From Octopus sinensis (taxonomy: Eukaryota), in the NCBI RefSeq assembly GCF_006345805.1, contig NC_043002.1, positions 26,722,001 through 26,786,000 of the forward strand: 64,000 bases of DNA, read 5' to 3'. The notes under the pieces are model-generated. The model had not been told where the DNA came from. It saw nothing but the letters and a program-made list of their open reading frames with translations, and did no database searches. This document shows positions 36,926-49,170 of the stretch, in pieces; within the stretch, counting starts at the first letter, position 1; each line of letters starts with the position of its first letter. A program made the position numbers and the translations under genes.

Positions 36926-38805
36926 CTGCAGTTCAGCACAAGGGAGAAAATCAGTATTCTGCAACTTGATGCCCTGATTTTTTGTGACAATAATAACAAA
37001 GTGTTTCTATAGATACTGAAACATAATCATCCTCTCGGGATCAGTTCGTTTCTAAGTGCAGACGTGTCAAAATTAAGCTCTTACATAATTAAAATCGTAT
37101 GCCAGCGTCCTGTATTGCTCTTCCAACATCAATGGTGGAATCATCGGTCGACTCCTTGAAAGATCCGGTTTTTGTGATGCCAGATGCCTTACTAAACTTT
37201 TAAGTGTAACGGGAACAATGCACCTTCATCATCAGGTGGAAAGGATCTGGCTCAGACTCCATTCCACAAATATGGATTACTTCTTACAGAGAAGGTTCAA
37301 GCACACGTCCAACTTATTCGACAGCATGAATCCATTCCTCACGACTTCAAGTATACACCCGTCATTCAAATTTGCAATCGGAAAAGCAATCGTGCACACA
37401 CGCATATGTACACACACACATATATGCACGCATACACAACATACTACATATATGAGTATAATTTCATTTCAATGCAGCTCGTTGCAAGTTTGTTCGTAGT
37501 TAGTTCTTACAGACCGCGTATGTTTATGTTTCATACTGAGCTTAGGAATGTACGTCCATTCTGTATTTATGTTAACATACTTTGATCACATAATATCCGC
37601 TATTGATCAGTCATCGTTAGTCACGCGTGTTCAAATTCCATTTCTTTCTTGTATTAAGTGTACTAGTGAATTTAGTATCTTTGATGTGTTTTAACTACTT
37701 TAAACGGCTCTTCAAAAGATGTAATGGATACATACTTAAATACACAGATACGCGTATATATGTGTGTGTGCTGATTCTTACTTGGTTCGTTAGCTTCCTG
37801 ATGTAACACTGTGTATTGAAACATAATATTGCAATTGTAATTCATTTTATTAATTCTTTATTTTGCTAAAAGTTTTAGCTTGGGGTGTTGCAGCATTTTC
37901 AGTATGTTCTTCGTGACCGCACTCTTCTGTCGCTGTCTCGAATTTATATATTTGTATTTGGTTTTGATGTTGATGATGACGCCGCACATCGTAGAGATGG
38001 TAGCGGTAGACTTGTTGATCTGGAGCCTATGTGTGTATATTGTGGAGGTAGGTGTCTGTTAGTATGATTTTTAGTTGCATTCTTTCTATGTGTATATCTC
38101 AGTGTGTGTAAATGTGATGTTGATCAATCATGCTTGTGTATGTATGATGTGCGTGTTCATGTATGCGTTTACTAATATTTTTCTCATTATAATCTTTTTT
38201 TTTTGTTCTATTCATTGTTCTGTCAGCCATGTTGGCTTCTATTCCCTTTGTAGCGGTAGCGGCAATAGCTAACATCTGATAATGGCTGTTACATACGTTT
38301 TCTTATTTTGCTTAATTCTTTACCTATTTCGTTGTTTCTGATTTCTTTCACATCTCTACTGTCAGTATTCCTATTTAGCTACCACGGGATCCATACATAC
38401 AATTATTAAATACAGTGGTACTTCTAGTTGTGGGATTTATTTTGATTGACTTAATGTTGTTAAATACTTACGCGCCTCCAAATACTTTCTATAATATGTG
38501 TTTTTTATATCTCTTTCCTCAAACCCATTCACACTGCGTTTAGGTTCATAATTGTTCTCTTTCTAATATGAATCATTGAATATATTATTGCATGTTATAT
38601 ATTTTTATTATTGCATTTATACACACAGGTATTTGTTTTCTACATTCCTTTTAGTAATTTCACTCCTAAAATTATCCGATATGACTTCTCATCCGTACTG
38701 AGAAATTTTCTTTCATTTCCTTTTTCATTTAAATGAAATTTCACGTTAAAAACACAAACATCATTAAGGTTTTTTTTTTCGCTTTTCTCGGTCGTAGCAA
38801 CTTAC

Positions 38806-39091
38806 CTGAAAATGTCTGGCAGCTATCAGTGTCAGTTGATTCAATTGATCACAAATTTTTGCTGGTATGTCATTTACTGAGCCTGCAAGTTTGTTATAGG
38901 AAAATGTGACATTGATGGGGCTTAAACTCATAATGCAGTGGTCGGAAGTACATATTATAAAAATTTCCTTCACAAGCTCTAACCAATCAGTCAACAAACT
39001 TACAATAGCTGATTTGTAGACGACCATGGTGATTGGTTTGGGTTGGTTATCTTTGTCATTCTCACCCACAGCTTTTAGTGATATTAACAGT
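38806..39091 (-). CDS. FANCA: Internal coding exon (phase 2-0), FANCA-like (tentative)
   Basis: tttctag|a acceptor, perfect CAG|GTAAGT donor, 286 bp open; DWLELVKEI and GSVNDIPAKICDQL resemble recalled DWLHLELEI and GGCDGDLQAACTIL. Confidence 0.65.
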
Positions 39092-39830
39092 CTAGAAAGT
39101 AATTTATATTAATATGTCAAGTATTTTATATTATTGATATAAAACATAAGTTTGGTTGGAACTGATACCTCCATAAAAATGCCAGTACCATTCAAATATA
39201 TTTTGTGTCTATTCTTTTGCGACCACAGTAAAGATAACAATGTTTACCGTACGTCATTCTCAATTTGCAACCTCATAATGCTCCTCCTCCTCCGACCCCT
39301 CTTTGCCTAACACATGCCTCATTACAACGTATTGATATTATTTACGTCAATGTATATAGTATATCGCAAAAGATGCATATGGATGTTTCGGCAATACTCT
39401 GACAGTTGTAATCACTTTATTGTAAGTATTTAGCTAGAAGAGTTTTATTTTTCCATTCTAGTTATTTCTATTGTAAAGAACTATCTAAGAGAACCACGAA
39501 GGCGCATTCCATACGTAACAATAAGTAGTGTCAAAAATATACATTAGTGAATTAATATTTTGATTAAGGGCACATATATATATGATATTAACCACAAGGA
39601 AAATAACGTGTTTTTTTTTTGCATCTCTGAACCCAGATATTTTATTATAATTCTATTTACAAATGTAATGCATTATATGAGTCGACTTTACTCGTCATTA
39701 GGGCTTTATTTCATCGATCATAGAAGAACTAAGGCCAAAGTTGACATTGGTTACACTTGAAATTTGAACGCAACAGATTGCTTCACGATTTTGGTCTGAT
39801 ACTCTGCTGGGTTTATTGTCGAATGCTTAC

Positions 39831-39923
39831 ATCAGCCTCATTATGATTTGATGCCTTATTAAGGAGGTCATTTTCGTTAGATAGCAGTGGTCCCCCGATG
39901 ATAGGAGATCATAGATGAGGAAA
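39831..39923 (-). CDS. FANCA: Internal coding exon (phase 2-2), FANCA-like (tentative)
   Basis: gcgttttgattccgtag|t acceptor, at|GTAAGC donor, 93 bp; FLIYDLLSSGDHCYLTKMTSLIRHQIIMRL; junction YFR|FLIYDLLS resembles recalled KFQFLMFRLFS. Confidence 0.6.
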
Positions 39924-40134
39924 CTACGGAATCAAAACGCGGTATTCAAAAGTTCAAAGAAGTGTCTCAGTTTAGATATTTACATACATTCGCAAACAAT
40001 TCATTAACTTATAAGAATAAATAATTTATGCATAGGGACAGTAATATTTAAGGGAGGAATTTGTGGCTTACAAGGTCCCAAATACTTGACTGGTAATGTA
40101 TTTCATCGTGAGGAGAGATCAAAGAAAAAATTGA

Positions 40135-40450
40135 ACATTACGTCCATCTTTACGTCCTGAGTTGAAATTCCTCCGGGGTCGATTTTGCCCTGCATGTTTT
40201 TGAGGTAGATAAAATAAGTATCAGTTAAGCAATGAGCAATGCAATCTACTTACCTCATCTCCCGGACTTGTTGTCCTTGTGTCAAAATTTGTAACCAATA
40301 TTGCTGAACTATATGAAAAACCAGCGGTTTTCGGGCGAAAGGACAACTCAGCTACATCGTATTTAGTACTTGACTGGTGTTTTGTTTTCCACTCTGAGAA
40401 TCTCAAAGGCGAATTTGACTTTGGCGGTATTTGAACTCAAAACATAAGGA
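40135..40450. mobile_element. Two diverged SINE family B fragments, tail to tail (+ then -)
   Basis: tcctgagttgaaattcctccggggtcgattttgcc (+) and tttgactttggcggtatttgaactca (-). Confidence 0.6.
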
Positions 40451-40651
40451 GCTTCAACTGAATATTGCAAATTATTTTGATTCACAAACTTACAAATCTC
40501 CCAATCCATTTCTGATTTAGTCATCAAAAACCAGGAATTTACGATCAAAGGCTTATGCAATTAAATTAATGCAAATACCTGTCTGGTATATATTTTTTTT
40601 ATCGACACTTGAGTGTGAAAATCGAAGTCGAATTTGGTGAGGTTTGTACAC

Positions 40652-40869
40652 CGAAAGTAGAGAATCCTACGTAAATAATATAAGGTATTTTGTTCAGGGT
40701 TTTTAATCACAATTCCGACAATCATTTGCCAATTTGAAACTGTAGAACTTGAAAGTCGGGTCAGGCAAATACTAACACCATCATTATTATGGATTCCGAC
40801 TGCAAGAAGTAATAGATCAAGTTTTGAATACCATTCATACAATTTAAAACAATTCATCAACTTCTCATG
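40652..40869 (-). CDS. FANCA: Internal coding exon (phase 0-2), FANCA-like (tentative)
   Basis: ttgttcttaag|cat acceptor; 72 open codons HEKLMNCF...LDLLL...DGVSICL...QNTLYYLRRILYF; D....CL and TL spacing resemble recalled FDSLL...DSLFFCL...RDTL; donor cg|GTGTAC is weak. Confidence 0.5.
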
Positions 40870-41269
40870 CTTAAGAACAAATTATTAATATCATTACTAT
40901 TGAGTGAGGGAGCAGCGCATGCTATTAAAGTGACACTGGTAATATGTCATACAGTTTCACCATTTTGCCCATAGAGTCTGCACTTATCACTTTCTGAAGT
41001 GTTGTTATTCTGTATATTATGTAGTTTGTTCTTAGTACTTGCTCTTAGGCACTACAGATTAGAGTCTCTGGTTTTAAATCACTTTTCCGGTTTTAAATCA
41101 CTTTAAAAACGTTTTCGGTTTTAGTCATTCACAGCCACCTTTTTTCTCTGTCTGTCTTATCTTCAACATCCCTATGAGATTGTCCATGTATTCTTTTCTT
41201 TACCTACCTTCTTTCAGTTTCATTCGTTTTCAATTGCTTGTACAGTGCTTTAGCTTTGCAATCTTTTGT

Positions 41270-41270
41270 T

Positions 41271-41307
<37 letters not shown>

Positions 41308-41345
41308 CCATCATCATCATTATCACCATCATCAGCATTATCATT
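41270..41345. repeat. (CAT)n microsatellite
   Basis: Seen directly; source of the poly-His ORF. Confidence 0.95.
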
Positions 41346-42410
41346 ATAGTAGACGTCGCACAGTATACAATTTCGTGAGTTTGTTGATTGAAGATATTGT
41401 GTCTACTGGGGTTCTGTACTGTTTGTCAAGTTACAACAAAGACATTATTATTGAAAAGGCATTACATGCTTATTCAATTAACAGTGCTGTTATGCTGAGG
41501 TTCGGCAGGTGTTATCAAAAGTTTTCGCAGTCCGACTCTATATGTCTCAATTACTTTATCTTCTCAGACACTTAGTAGCAGTTAGTCGTACCGATTACAC
41601 CAAATATCATTGAAAAGCTGCCATATTTGCTACAATAGCTTTATATATATCAGGTGCATTCCTGATATTTGATACTATTTAAAAAAATTATATGACTAGA
41701 ATTGTTATTATTATATCTATCCTACCTTATATCACTATAACAAAGATGCAACCCGAAAACTGATTCACTAGTCAGTATCATTAGACTGTAACCGGCCTAA
41801 TGAAATAGGAACTTTATTTGCATACCGCTAACGTCGCCATAAACGAATTTAAAAGATACACACACACACACGCTCACTCACCCACACGCACACATACATA
41901 AATACATACACACACGCACACACATATCGTATGCTATGCTTTCTGGTTGTTCTAACCAGTAGTTAGCTACTTGTCCTTTTTTCATTTCTACTTCACTTAG
42001 TATCATACTATCGATATACAAGAGATGAGCAGTCCACCATCACTTCTTTCAGTATCTCGTTTCAGTATCAGCATTCTTTCAGTATGCTCAGATAGTAAAA
42101 TATTCCGCCTCCCCAGAAAGCTATTCAATTCATATGCTGTCAGGTCTGTAATTATTTTTTAGCTTAATAGTAAGCTTGTAACAGGCTTACAATTACTAAC
42201 TCTTCTCCCTTTTCTCTGTCCTATTGTATTAGCGCTATCTCTTCGTTTATTCCCCCCCCCTCGTACTGGTGTTCCCTCTTTTATACACCATTTTACCGCT
42301 ACAGCAACGATAAAAGCAGCACTTTCAATATCAGTGGTAACGGCAGTAACAATTATAAAAATTAAAATTAGCAGCACCGAACAAAGCAGCAATGTAACCC
42401 TTCTCATATA

Positions 42411-43658
42411 CGAGGGGCGTTCAATAAGTAATGCCCCTCACCCACTTTCCATAGCAGTAGAGCAACGAAACTTGGCACAGTTATTAGACTTTTTCTACAT
42501 AGGAACCACACAGAGTTACGCATTTCTCTCATCGTTTGATGCGGCTCTGGAGACCGTTTTTGTAGAAGAACCCAGCTTGGTTCTCCAACCTCAACGTGAC
42601 TTCAGAAATCAAGGCTGCATCATCTGGGAAAAGCTTTCCTTTCAAAAACAACTTCATGATTGGGAAGAGGTGAAAATCAGAGGAGTTCATAGCCATACGC
42701 CTGTACTTCTGATCTGGCGACAAGCGAGTTCTGGACCGGAGCGTTGTCCTGCAGGAGGAGGATGCCTTTGCTGATCTTGCCCCGCCTCTTGATTTTGATA
42801 ACTTCTCTTAATTTCCTCAAAAGTGAAGCATAATAGGCTCCCGCAATTGTGGTACCCTTTGCCAGGAAATCTGTCATCACTACTCCGTCCTGGTCCCAGA
42901 AGACTGTGAGCATGACCTTGCCAGCGGAGGGCTGCACCCTTGCCTTCTTTGGAGGGTGTGAGTCACGGTGCTTCCACTGCATTGACTGCGATTTGGTCTC
43001 TGGATCATCGTAATGGACCCAGGTTTCATCCTGTGTAATCAGTCTTTTGAAAAATTTTGACTCATCTTCTTGGCACCCTCGAGCACTCGACGCGTTCTTG
43101 CTTCTGGAAAGGCGTGAGCAATCTGGGAATCCATCTGGCAGACACCTTTTGCATATGCAAATGGTCATGAATGATAGTTTCCACAGACCCGGTACTAATC
43201 TTGACCTCATGGGCTATTTGGCGAATAATTATGCGTCGATCTTCCAAAATGGCAGCCTCAACTTGACGGACAGATGCCTCATCAATGGCAGAAGGGGGCG
43301 ACCAGATCTGGGAGCTGTTTCCACAGAGTTCCGACCATGTTTGAATTCACGATGCCAGCGTTTTACAAGGTCATATGATGGGGTAGCATCATCACCATAA
43401 GTTACTTTCATTTCATCAAAAGTCTCCCGTGGTGTGCGTCCTTTCAAATACAAAAACCGGATCACTGCTCGACACTCAACAGACTCCATTTCACACTTGA
43501 CTCGGTTCAAACACCTGTAAATCAGAAACCACAATTAATTCAGAGCTGTAATTTGCCACTTACTCTATAGAGATATAAATGAGTGCACATGCTAGATCAA
43601 ACAGCTAGATCAAACAACTGCAGGTGGGTCAGAGGCATTACTTATTGAACGTCCCTCG
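42411..43658 (-). mobile_element. Full-length mariner (DD34D-type) element, 25-bp TIRs, TA TSD
   Basis: ta|cgaggggcgttcaataagtaatgcc ... ggcattacttattgaacgtccctcg|ta (one mismatch). Confidence 0.95.
42484..43489 (-). pseudogene. Mariner transposase pseudogene (frameshifts, stop, small deletion)
   Basis: MESVECRAVIRFL, RSGRP, SARWIPRLLT, TQDETWVH, SAGKVMLTVFWD, QDNAP, DFHLF, GSYVEK spread over 4 ORFs. Confidence 0.92.
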
Positions 43659-43718
43659 TAGCAACAACAGCCGTTAGACCATCAGTAACAGATTACACTA
43701 ATAACAACGCAACATTAC

Positions 43719-43798
43719 AAGACGTATTCCTCTCCATTCAGATCTCCCGTAACGACGTTCTGCGTGAGGGTGATCAAGGTGAAAAAACATATTTACTC
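43719..43798 (-). CDS. Weak candidate exon (phase 1-0)
   Basis: Very strong acceptor ttcttttcccttttctttcag|; VNMFFHLDHPHAERRYGRSEWRGIRL; donor GTAATG; phase fits 40869; no homology recognised. Confidence 0.25.
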
Positions 43799-44210
43799 CT
43801 GAAAGAAAAGGGAAAAGAACATATGAATACATGTGATCTGTAATGAACAATAGCGATTAAGATACGATCAAAAATGTTGTGCAAGATAGTAACGACAAAG
43901 AAAACTAGATTAGAATAGACCTAAGTAGTAAGTTAATGAGGCTTTTTAGGGAAAGTCTTACGACCGACGTGCTTTAGGCGAGATTGTCATTCAAATAATT
44001 TTTCAATAAGAAATATGAAAGATACATTTTCAGGACTAAGGAAAGAATGAACAAGAGACGTTCAAATGATCCAAGCGTTATAGGCTCAATCGGTTAGCAT
44101 AATGTCAATTCGAAATATTGCGGACTTCAACGAGAGACTGCTAGTCGATTCCAAGCAATTGCGTGTAGATTTTCTGTGCCATTTTGCTAAACTTTTCGCG
44201 ACGAGTAGTA

Positions 44211-44382
44211 TACCTATTTCTTCACTACCCATAAGTGGCTAAACACAGAAAGAGACAAACAAGGACAGACAGACGGATTAAGTCGATTATATCGCCCCCA
44301 GTGTGTAACTGGTACTTAATTTATTGACCCCGAAAGGATGAAAGGCAAAGTCGACTTAGGTGGAATTTGAACTCAGAACGTG
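44211..44382 (-). mobile_element. SINE family B, 5'-truncated
   Basis: Near-identical to 44989-45155. Confidence 0.85.
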
Positions 44383-44830
44383 CCAGATTGCAGAATGTTT
44401 TCAATGGCTAAATCGACGGCTTGCTGCAAGTCTCTGCAACAGTGACAGGATTTCACCAAGAGCGGATTAACAGTCATAGAAATTCAGGGAGAAGCGGTTA
44501 GCTATGCGAGGTGTATTATACAAATATTTCCTGTGATCGCATACCGATAGGTTGGTACTAACGGGAAGTTGATATTAAGTTTCTGAGTTGATGACATCTT
44601 GATCGTCGTTGTGTAGAATCTGTGAAGAGGCGTTTGCCAATCATCTTTGGAGGTGCATGTTTTGTTAACAACAGGTTCTGTATTCTGCTGTTGTTAGTGG
44701 CTCCGATGATGTCCACCTCATTCTCTCTCCTCAGGCTTTCCATATGCCAAGGCTCACTTTTCCCTCTGCACCTTTGATTACTCCGTGGTCTTCGGGGGTA
44801 ATTAGAACCTGCATAATGATCCACTCCGTC
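44383..44830 (-). mobile_element. Decayed non-LTR fragment, possibly R4/NeSL-type
   Basis: DQDVINSET (cf. QDQVINTRNY) and SALGEI (cf. GALG.I); heavily mutated. Confidence 0.25.
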
Positions 44831-44988
44831 ACAGATAATTTCTCTAGTATAAGGCGATATATTGTCAAATTCATTAGAATGTCGAATAGATTGCGTAGTG
44901 GTAATTGTTCCCGATCATTGTACTCAAAATTCAAATCCCACTCGAGAGCAACATAGACTTTTGTCTTTTCAAGGTCAATAAATAGATT

Positions 44989-45206
44989 ACCTATTTCTTT
45001 ACTACCCACAAGGGGATAAACACAGAAGGGACAAACAAGGACAGACAAACGGATTAAGTCGATTATATCAACCCCAGTGCGTAACTGGTTCTTAATTTAT
45101 CGACCCCGAAAGGATGAAAGGCAAAGTCGACCTCGGCGGAATTTTAACCCAGAACGTAACGGCAGACGAAATACGGCTACGCATTTCGCCCGGCGATCTA
45201 ACGTTT
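44989..45206 (-). mobile_element. SINE family B, low-divergence copy
   Basis: ttatcgaccccgaaaggatgaaaggcaaagtcgacctcggcggaatt...gcatttcgcccggcg. Confidence 0.9.
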
Positions 45207-46302
45207 AGATTACCAGTCCCCTTCCGGTACACTGTACTATCTTTCCCTCCCGCTTTCTCTCTCTCTCTCTTTCTCTCTCTTTTCCTCTTTTTTTTGCCCA
45301 CCTGCCTTTTCGAATCGGCTGTTACCACACTAGAAAGATGGGCTCCGTCAGTTTTTAAAATATTGAAGAAACGTTTGATATAACGTCAACCCTAAAACAC
45401 CATCAAATATTTGACGGCTTAAAGCAGTCTCACATGTTATTTTGCCCACCTATACTGTGTTACAAGTTTATGACATACAAATTTGAAACCGATTTACTAC
45501 TGCTGGCTGTACATTACTAGCATTAAGTACTAGCATTGAGAGGTGGGTGTGTGGTATAACAGCTTGGTATATTGCCTTGACTCATTTCGGTTCCAAAGAT
45601 CAAGAATATATTCTCATATATCTTGCTTTGATCTATGAAAATCCTATAACTCCACGCATCGGCGAGAGCTTCCTTTAGTTGCTCCTTTGAAGACACTGGG
45701 AAATCTATACTTTTGGATACCAAATTATTACCCTCCCAAACTTTTATTCGGTAAAGATTTTCAGATAAGAAGATACGATTTTTTGAAAAAATATTTTCCC
45801 CATTTTCTCTTTTATTCGAAGAATTCCTTGTCATATTAAAAACTTTGGCAAGACGACTTTCTTTTACAGCCTAATGACTTTGAATTTCCGTTATCGCCTG
45901 TCGTTGTTTATTTTATAAATGTGTTTGCATTACGTCTATGTTTATATTACAAAATTGCTCATCTATGTTTTCTGTGTATGTCTGAATTAGCGACTGTGAT
46001 TGCACCTGCTCGTCTTAATAAATTATTTTGATTTGACATGTTTGTCTTTTTTTAATTTTTGCGTTTAGTACATATTCCTGCAGACCCAGACGAAAAGAAG
46101 CCATTAAAAAAAATGACTTGATACGCAAGCTTTTAAAAAAGACAGATCATTTATCAATACCGACATAATGAAGGAAGCGTCTCAAACTTACATGTCATCG
46201 TTGTTTTCAGTTCACCTAAAGAGAATACGAATTTATATAAAAAAACACAATTGTAATAAAATTCATAAAAGTTCAGAAAGTGGAACGAAATGCAGCAGCC
46301 AC

Positions 46303-46312
46303 AGTAGTAGTT

Positions 46313-46363
<51 letters not shown>
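46303..46363. repeat. (AGT)n microsatellite
   Basis: Seen directly. Confidence 0.95.
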
Positions 46364-46427
46364 AAAATGATTTTTTTTATTGGCGACAAGGGGCATAAAC
46401 ACATTTAGCCCAATAGTTCTATTTTAC

Positions 46428-46804
46428 TTGTTTCAGTCATTTCACTGTGGCCATGCTGGAGCACCGCCTTTAGTCGAGCAAATCAACCCCAGGACTTATT
46501 CTTTGGAAGTCTAGTACTTATCCTATCGGTCTCTTGTACCGAACTGCTAAGTTACGGAGACGTAAACACACCAGCATCAGTTGTCAAGCGATCTTAGTGG
46601 GACAAGCACAGACGCACAAACATATACATACCCATATATATATATACATATATACGATGGGATTCTTTCAGTTTCTGTCTACCAAATCCACTCACAAGGC
46701 TTTGGTTGGCCCGAGGCTATAGTAGAAGACACTTGGCCAAGATGCCACACAGTGAGACTGAACCCGGAACAATGTGGTTCGTAAGCAAGCCACTCCTACG
46801 CCTA
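46428..46804 (-). mobile_element. Near full-length SINE family A
   Basis: Aligns end to end with 2838-3247, with a short deletion in the head. Confidence 0.9.
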
Positions 46805-46949
46805 CAGTTAGTCAAATGTCAGGAGGGGTTTACGTAGAAAAGTGTAAACAACTTAAATAAGATTTTATAAAATCTGATACATCCAATAGGAGTAGGGACG
46901 TAGTTCATGGATAATAAAGAACCCCTACAGATTCCGACTCAGCTTACTC

Positions 46950-47970
46950 ATGGTAATCGCTCATCTCTCTTCCCTATTCCTCAGCCCACAGGCATCAGCT
47001 GAGTTTAGACTCACTCACTGAAGCCATCTTCGCCCATTAACCCATCGTTCATCAATCTTACTGGGGAATGGGACAATATCTCTCAACCCTAATCTTCCTG
47101 TTTAGTACGATCTTAAAATGTCGATGAGGCTTTAAATGAAGGGGAAAGTTACTGCCTTCAGTCATTTCCCTAGCATTCACTACACAAACTTATTCGACAG
47201 ATTCACCAGTCAGAGGATAACTGCCTCCTCTTCATGGCCAAATCGCAGGTGGTGGAACGTCCATGGAGTCGGGCGATGGCCGGATTCATTTTACAAATTA
47301 TTTCAGCTCTTCGACAGAACTCCAAAAGTCAGCAAAGCGCGAGTACTGTAAAAAAAAAGCGTGCAGCATGGTTTCCTCACTCGGCGCGCACATCGGGTAG
47401 GTGTGGATGACGGCATTTCTGTGCCTGTACTGTGTATTCCGAAACGACAGCAACTCCACCCAGGTGTCACTGACAGGCCAGCGACTTCTGGAAATTCTCT
47501 TTGGGCACTGGCCTCTAAGTCATCTGGAAGAGAACAGTCAGTTGCTTTTCATAGACGCTCAGAGTTTCTCCAAGGATGTCATCGCTCTTGCCCACCGCTA
47601 ATACCATACAGAAGGGCATTGCGGAACATGAGCCTACCGCACTGTCAAACAAACTGAGGGATGTGAGTGAATAACGGCACTCAAAATGCCAGGCGCGCGT
47701 CTTCAGTCTACGCTTGATCCAGAAATGCGATTTTGTCGAGAAGGCGAGCTGTGGGAATGCAAGTCAGAAAAGTAAACGTTCCATTCTGGTCAGCTATGAA
47801 GCGGGATGAAGTAAGTTGGACAGGCGGCACCAGATGACATATGAAATGTAAGTATTCACTACCTCTGCATGTCCCTTCAGGAGTAGTCTCCTCTCTGCTC
47901 GTTCCTGGATGAGACTCGCGAAGATGTTCTTTACTGCTTACTAGTTCTTGTTGACCTTGAGGTCTGGACC
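46950..47970 (-). mobile_element. Tx1/L1-clade LINE 3' fragment (post-RT region and zinc-knuckle)
   Basis: QYRHRNAVIHTYPMCAPSEETMLHA (zf-RVT-like C-x2-C...ET..H), FADFWSSVE, LNRKIRVER; many stops. Confidence 0.65.
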
Positions 47971-48019
47971 AAACCAAAACAAACCAAATCCCACATGGCT
48001 TCAAATTTTGCTACAAAGC

Positions 48020-48400
48020 TAGTAATCTAAGGGAAGTGGGCATCTCAAACTACATCGACCTCATTGCTTAAGTATACTTAGTGTATCAACTCCGAAATGA
48101 TCAAAAGAAAGCGAAGTCGACCTTGGTGGAATTTGCTCCTTGAAGGTGAAGAGGCGGAGGAAATCCACTAAAAATTTTGTCCGAAACACAAAAGAATCTC
48201 TCATCACGTGACCGTTCAAAAAAGGCTCCAAATTCTGGTACAAACCCATCAATTTTAATGATAGCGGGCAAGTCGATAACATCAAAATCAGTGCGCAAGT
48301 AGCACCTATTTTGTTGACTCCGAAAAGATAATTGATGAAATCGATCCCTGTGGAATTTGAACTCAGGACATAGATTGCCATAAGGAAGGCTGCTAAACAT
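48020..48400 (-). mobile_element. Two diverged SINE family B fragments
   Basis: aagtcgaccttggtggaatttg (~48115) and tcgatccctgtggaatttgaactcagg (~48342). Confidence 0.6.
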
Positions 48401-48578
48401 GTTGCAGTATATATACACAAACAAATAACTTCCCTCAGATACGCCGCCACAACAAAACGTGCGTGAAAATGTAAACACATGGATTGCAATATATCTATAC
48501 GAAAACTGCAAATTTGTGAGAAGAATATCAAATTTAATATTTTAATTACATACACATCCATATTCATACAAGAACTGC

Positions 48579-48681
<103 letters not shown>

Positions 48682-49102
48682 GCACATTGCTGTGTCTTCT
48701 CGGTCTCACATTTGACCTCTGCTGAACCGAAGGGGTGCGAGGATTCTTTTGTCTCTATGGCTGACCTCTCCACCAGGTGCCGAATCTATTTATAGATCTG
48801 TACGATATAATCTATTCACCAATCTGATGCCCAACTACAATGGTAGTGGTAGTGATGATGATAATGAAAAAATAAAAATAATGATAATATGCCGCAGCTG
48901 CTGATACTAAATACTACTAATACTACAATAATACTACAGCTATTATAATAGCACAGGTCTCTGAGGCCCAACTATCACCCTTGTCACTAGCCCCACCACT
49001 GGTACTGTTGCTGTTGCTGCAACTACTGCTACTACTACACATAAAAACAATAATACCGGGCATATCAGTAATGATGATGATGATGATGTTAATATTATTA
49101 TT

Positions 49103-49104
<2 letters not shown>

Positions 49105-49168
<64 letters not shown>
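49105..49168. repeat. (TAA)n microsatellite immediately 5' of the R4/Dong-type LINE
   Basis: Seen directly. Confidence 0.95.

Positions 49169-49170
<2 letters not shown>

Noticed and set aside
36760-37330. BEL/Pao or Gypsy integrase relic
   Set aside because: No HHCC or DDE residues in proper spacing; the ORF fits better as a phase-compatible host exon
37880-38062. Additional exon (minus frame TPTSTIYTHRLQ...QRQK)
   Set aside because: Motif spacing does not fit, there is no usable donor, and the composition resembles decayed trinucleotide sequence
41174-41575. Poly-His protein; likewise poly-Ile/Tyr/Ser/Glu ORFs at 3629, 4235-4484, 46154-46402, 48923-49213
   Set aside because: Homopolymer runs come from trinucleotide microsatellites, with no splice or homology support
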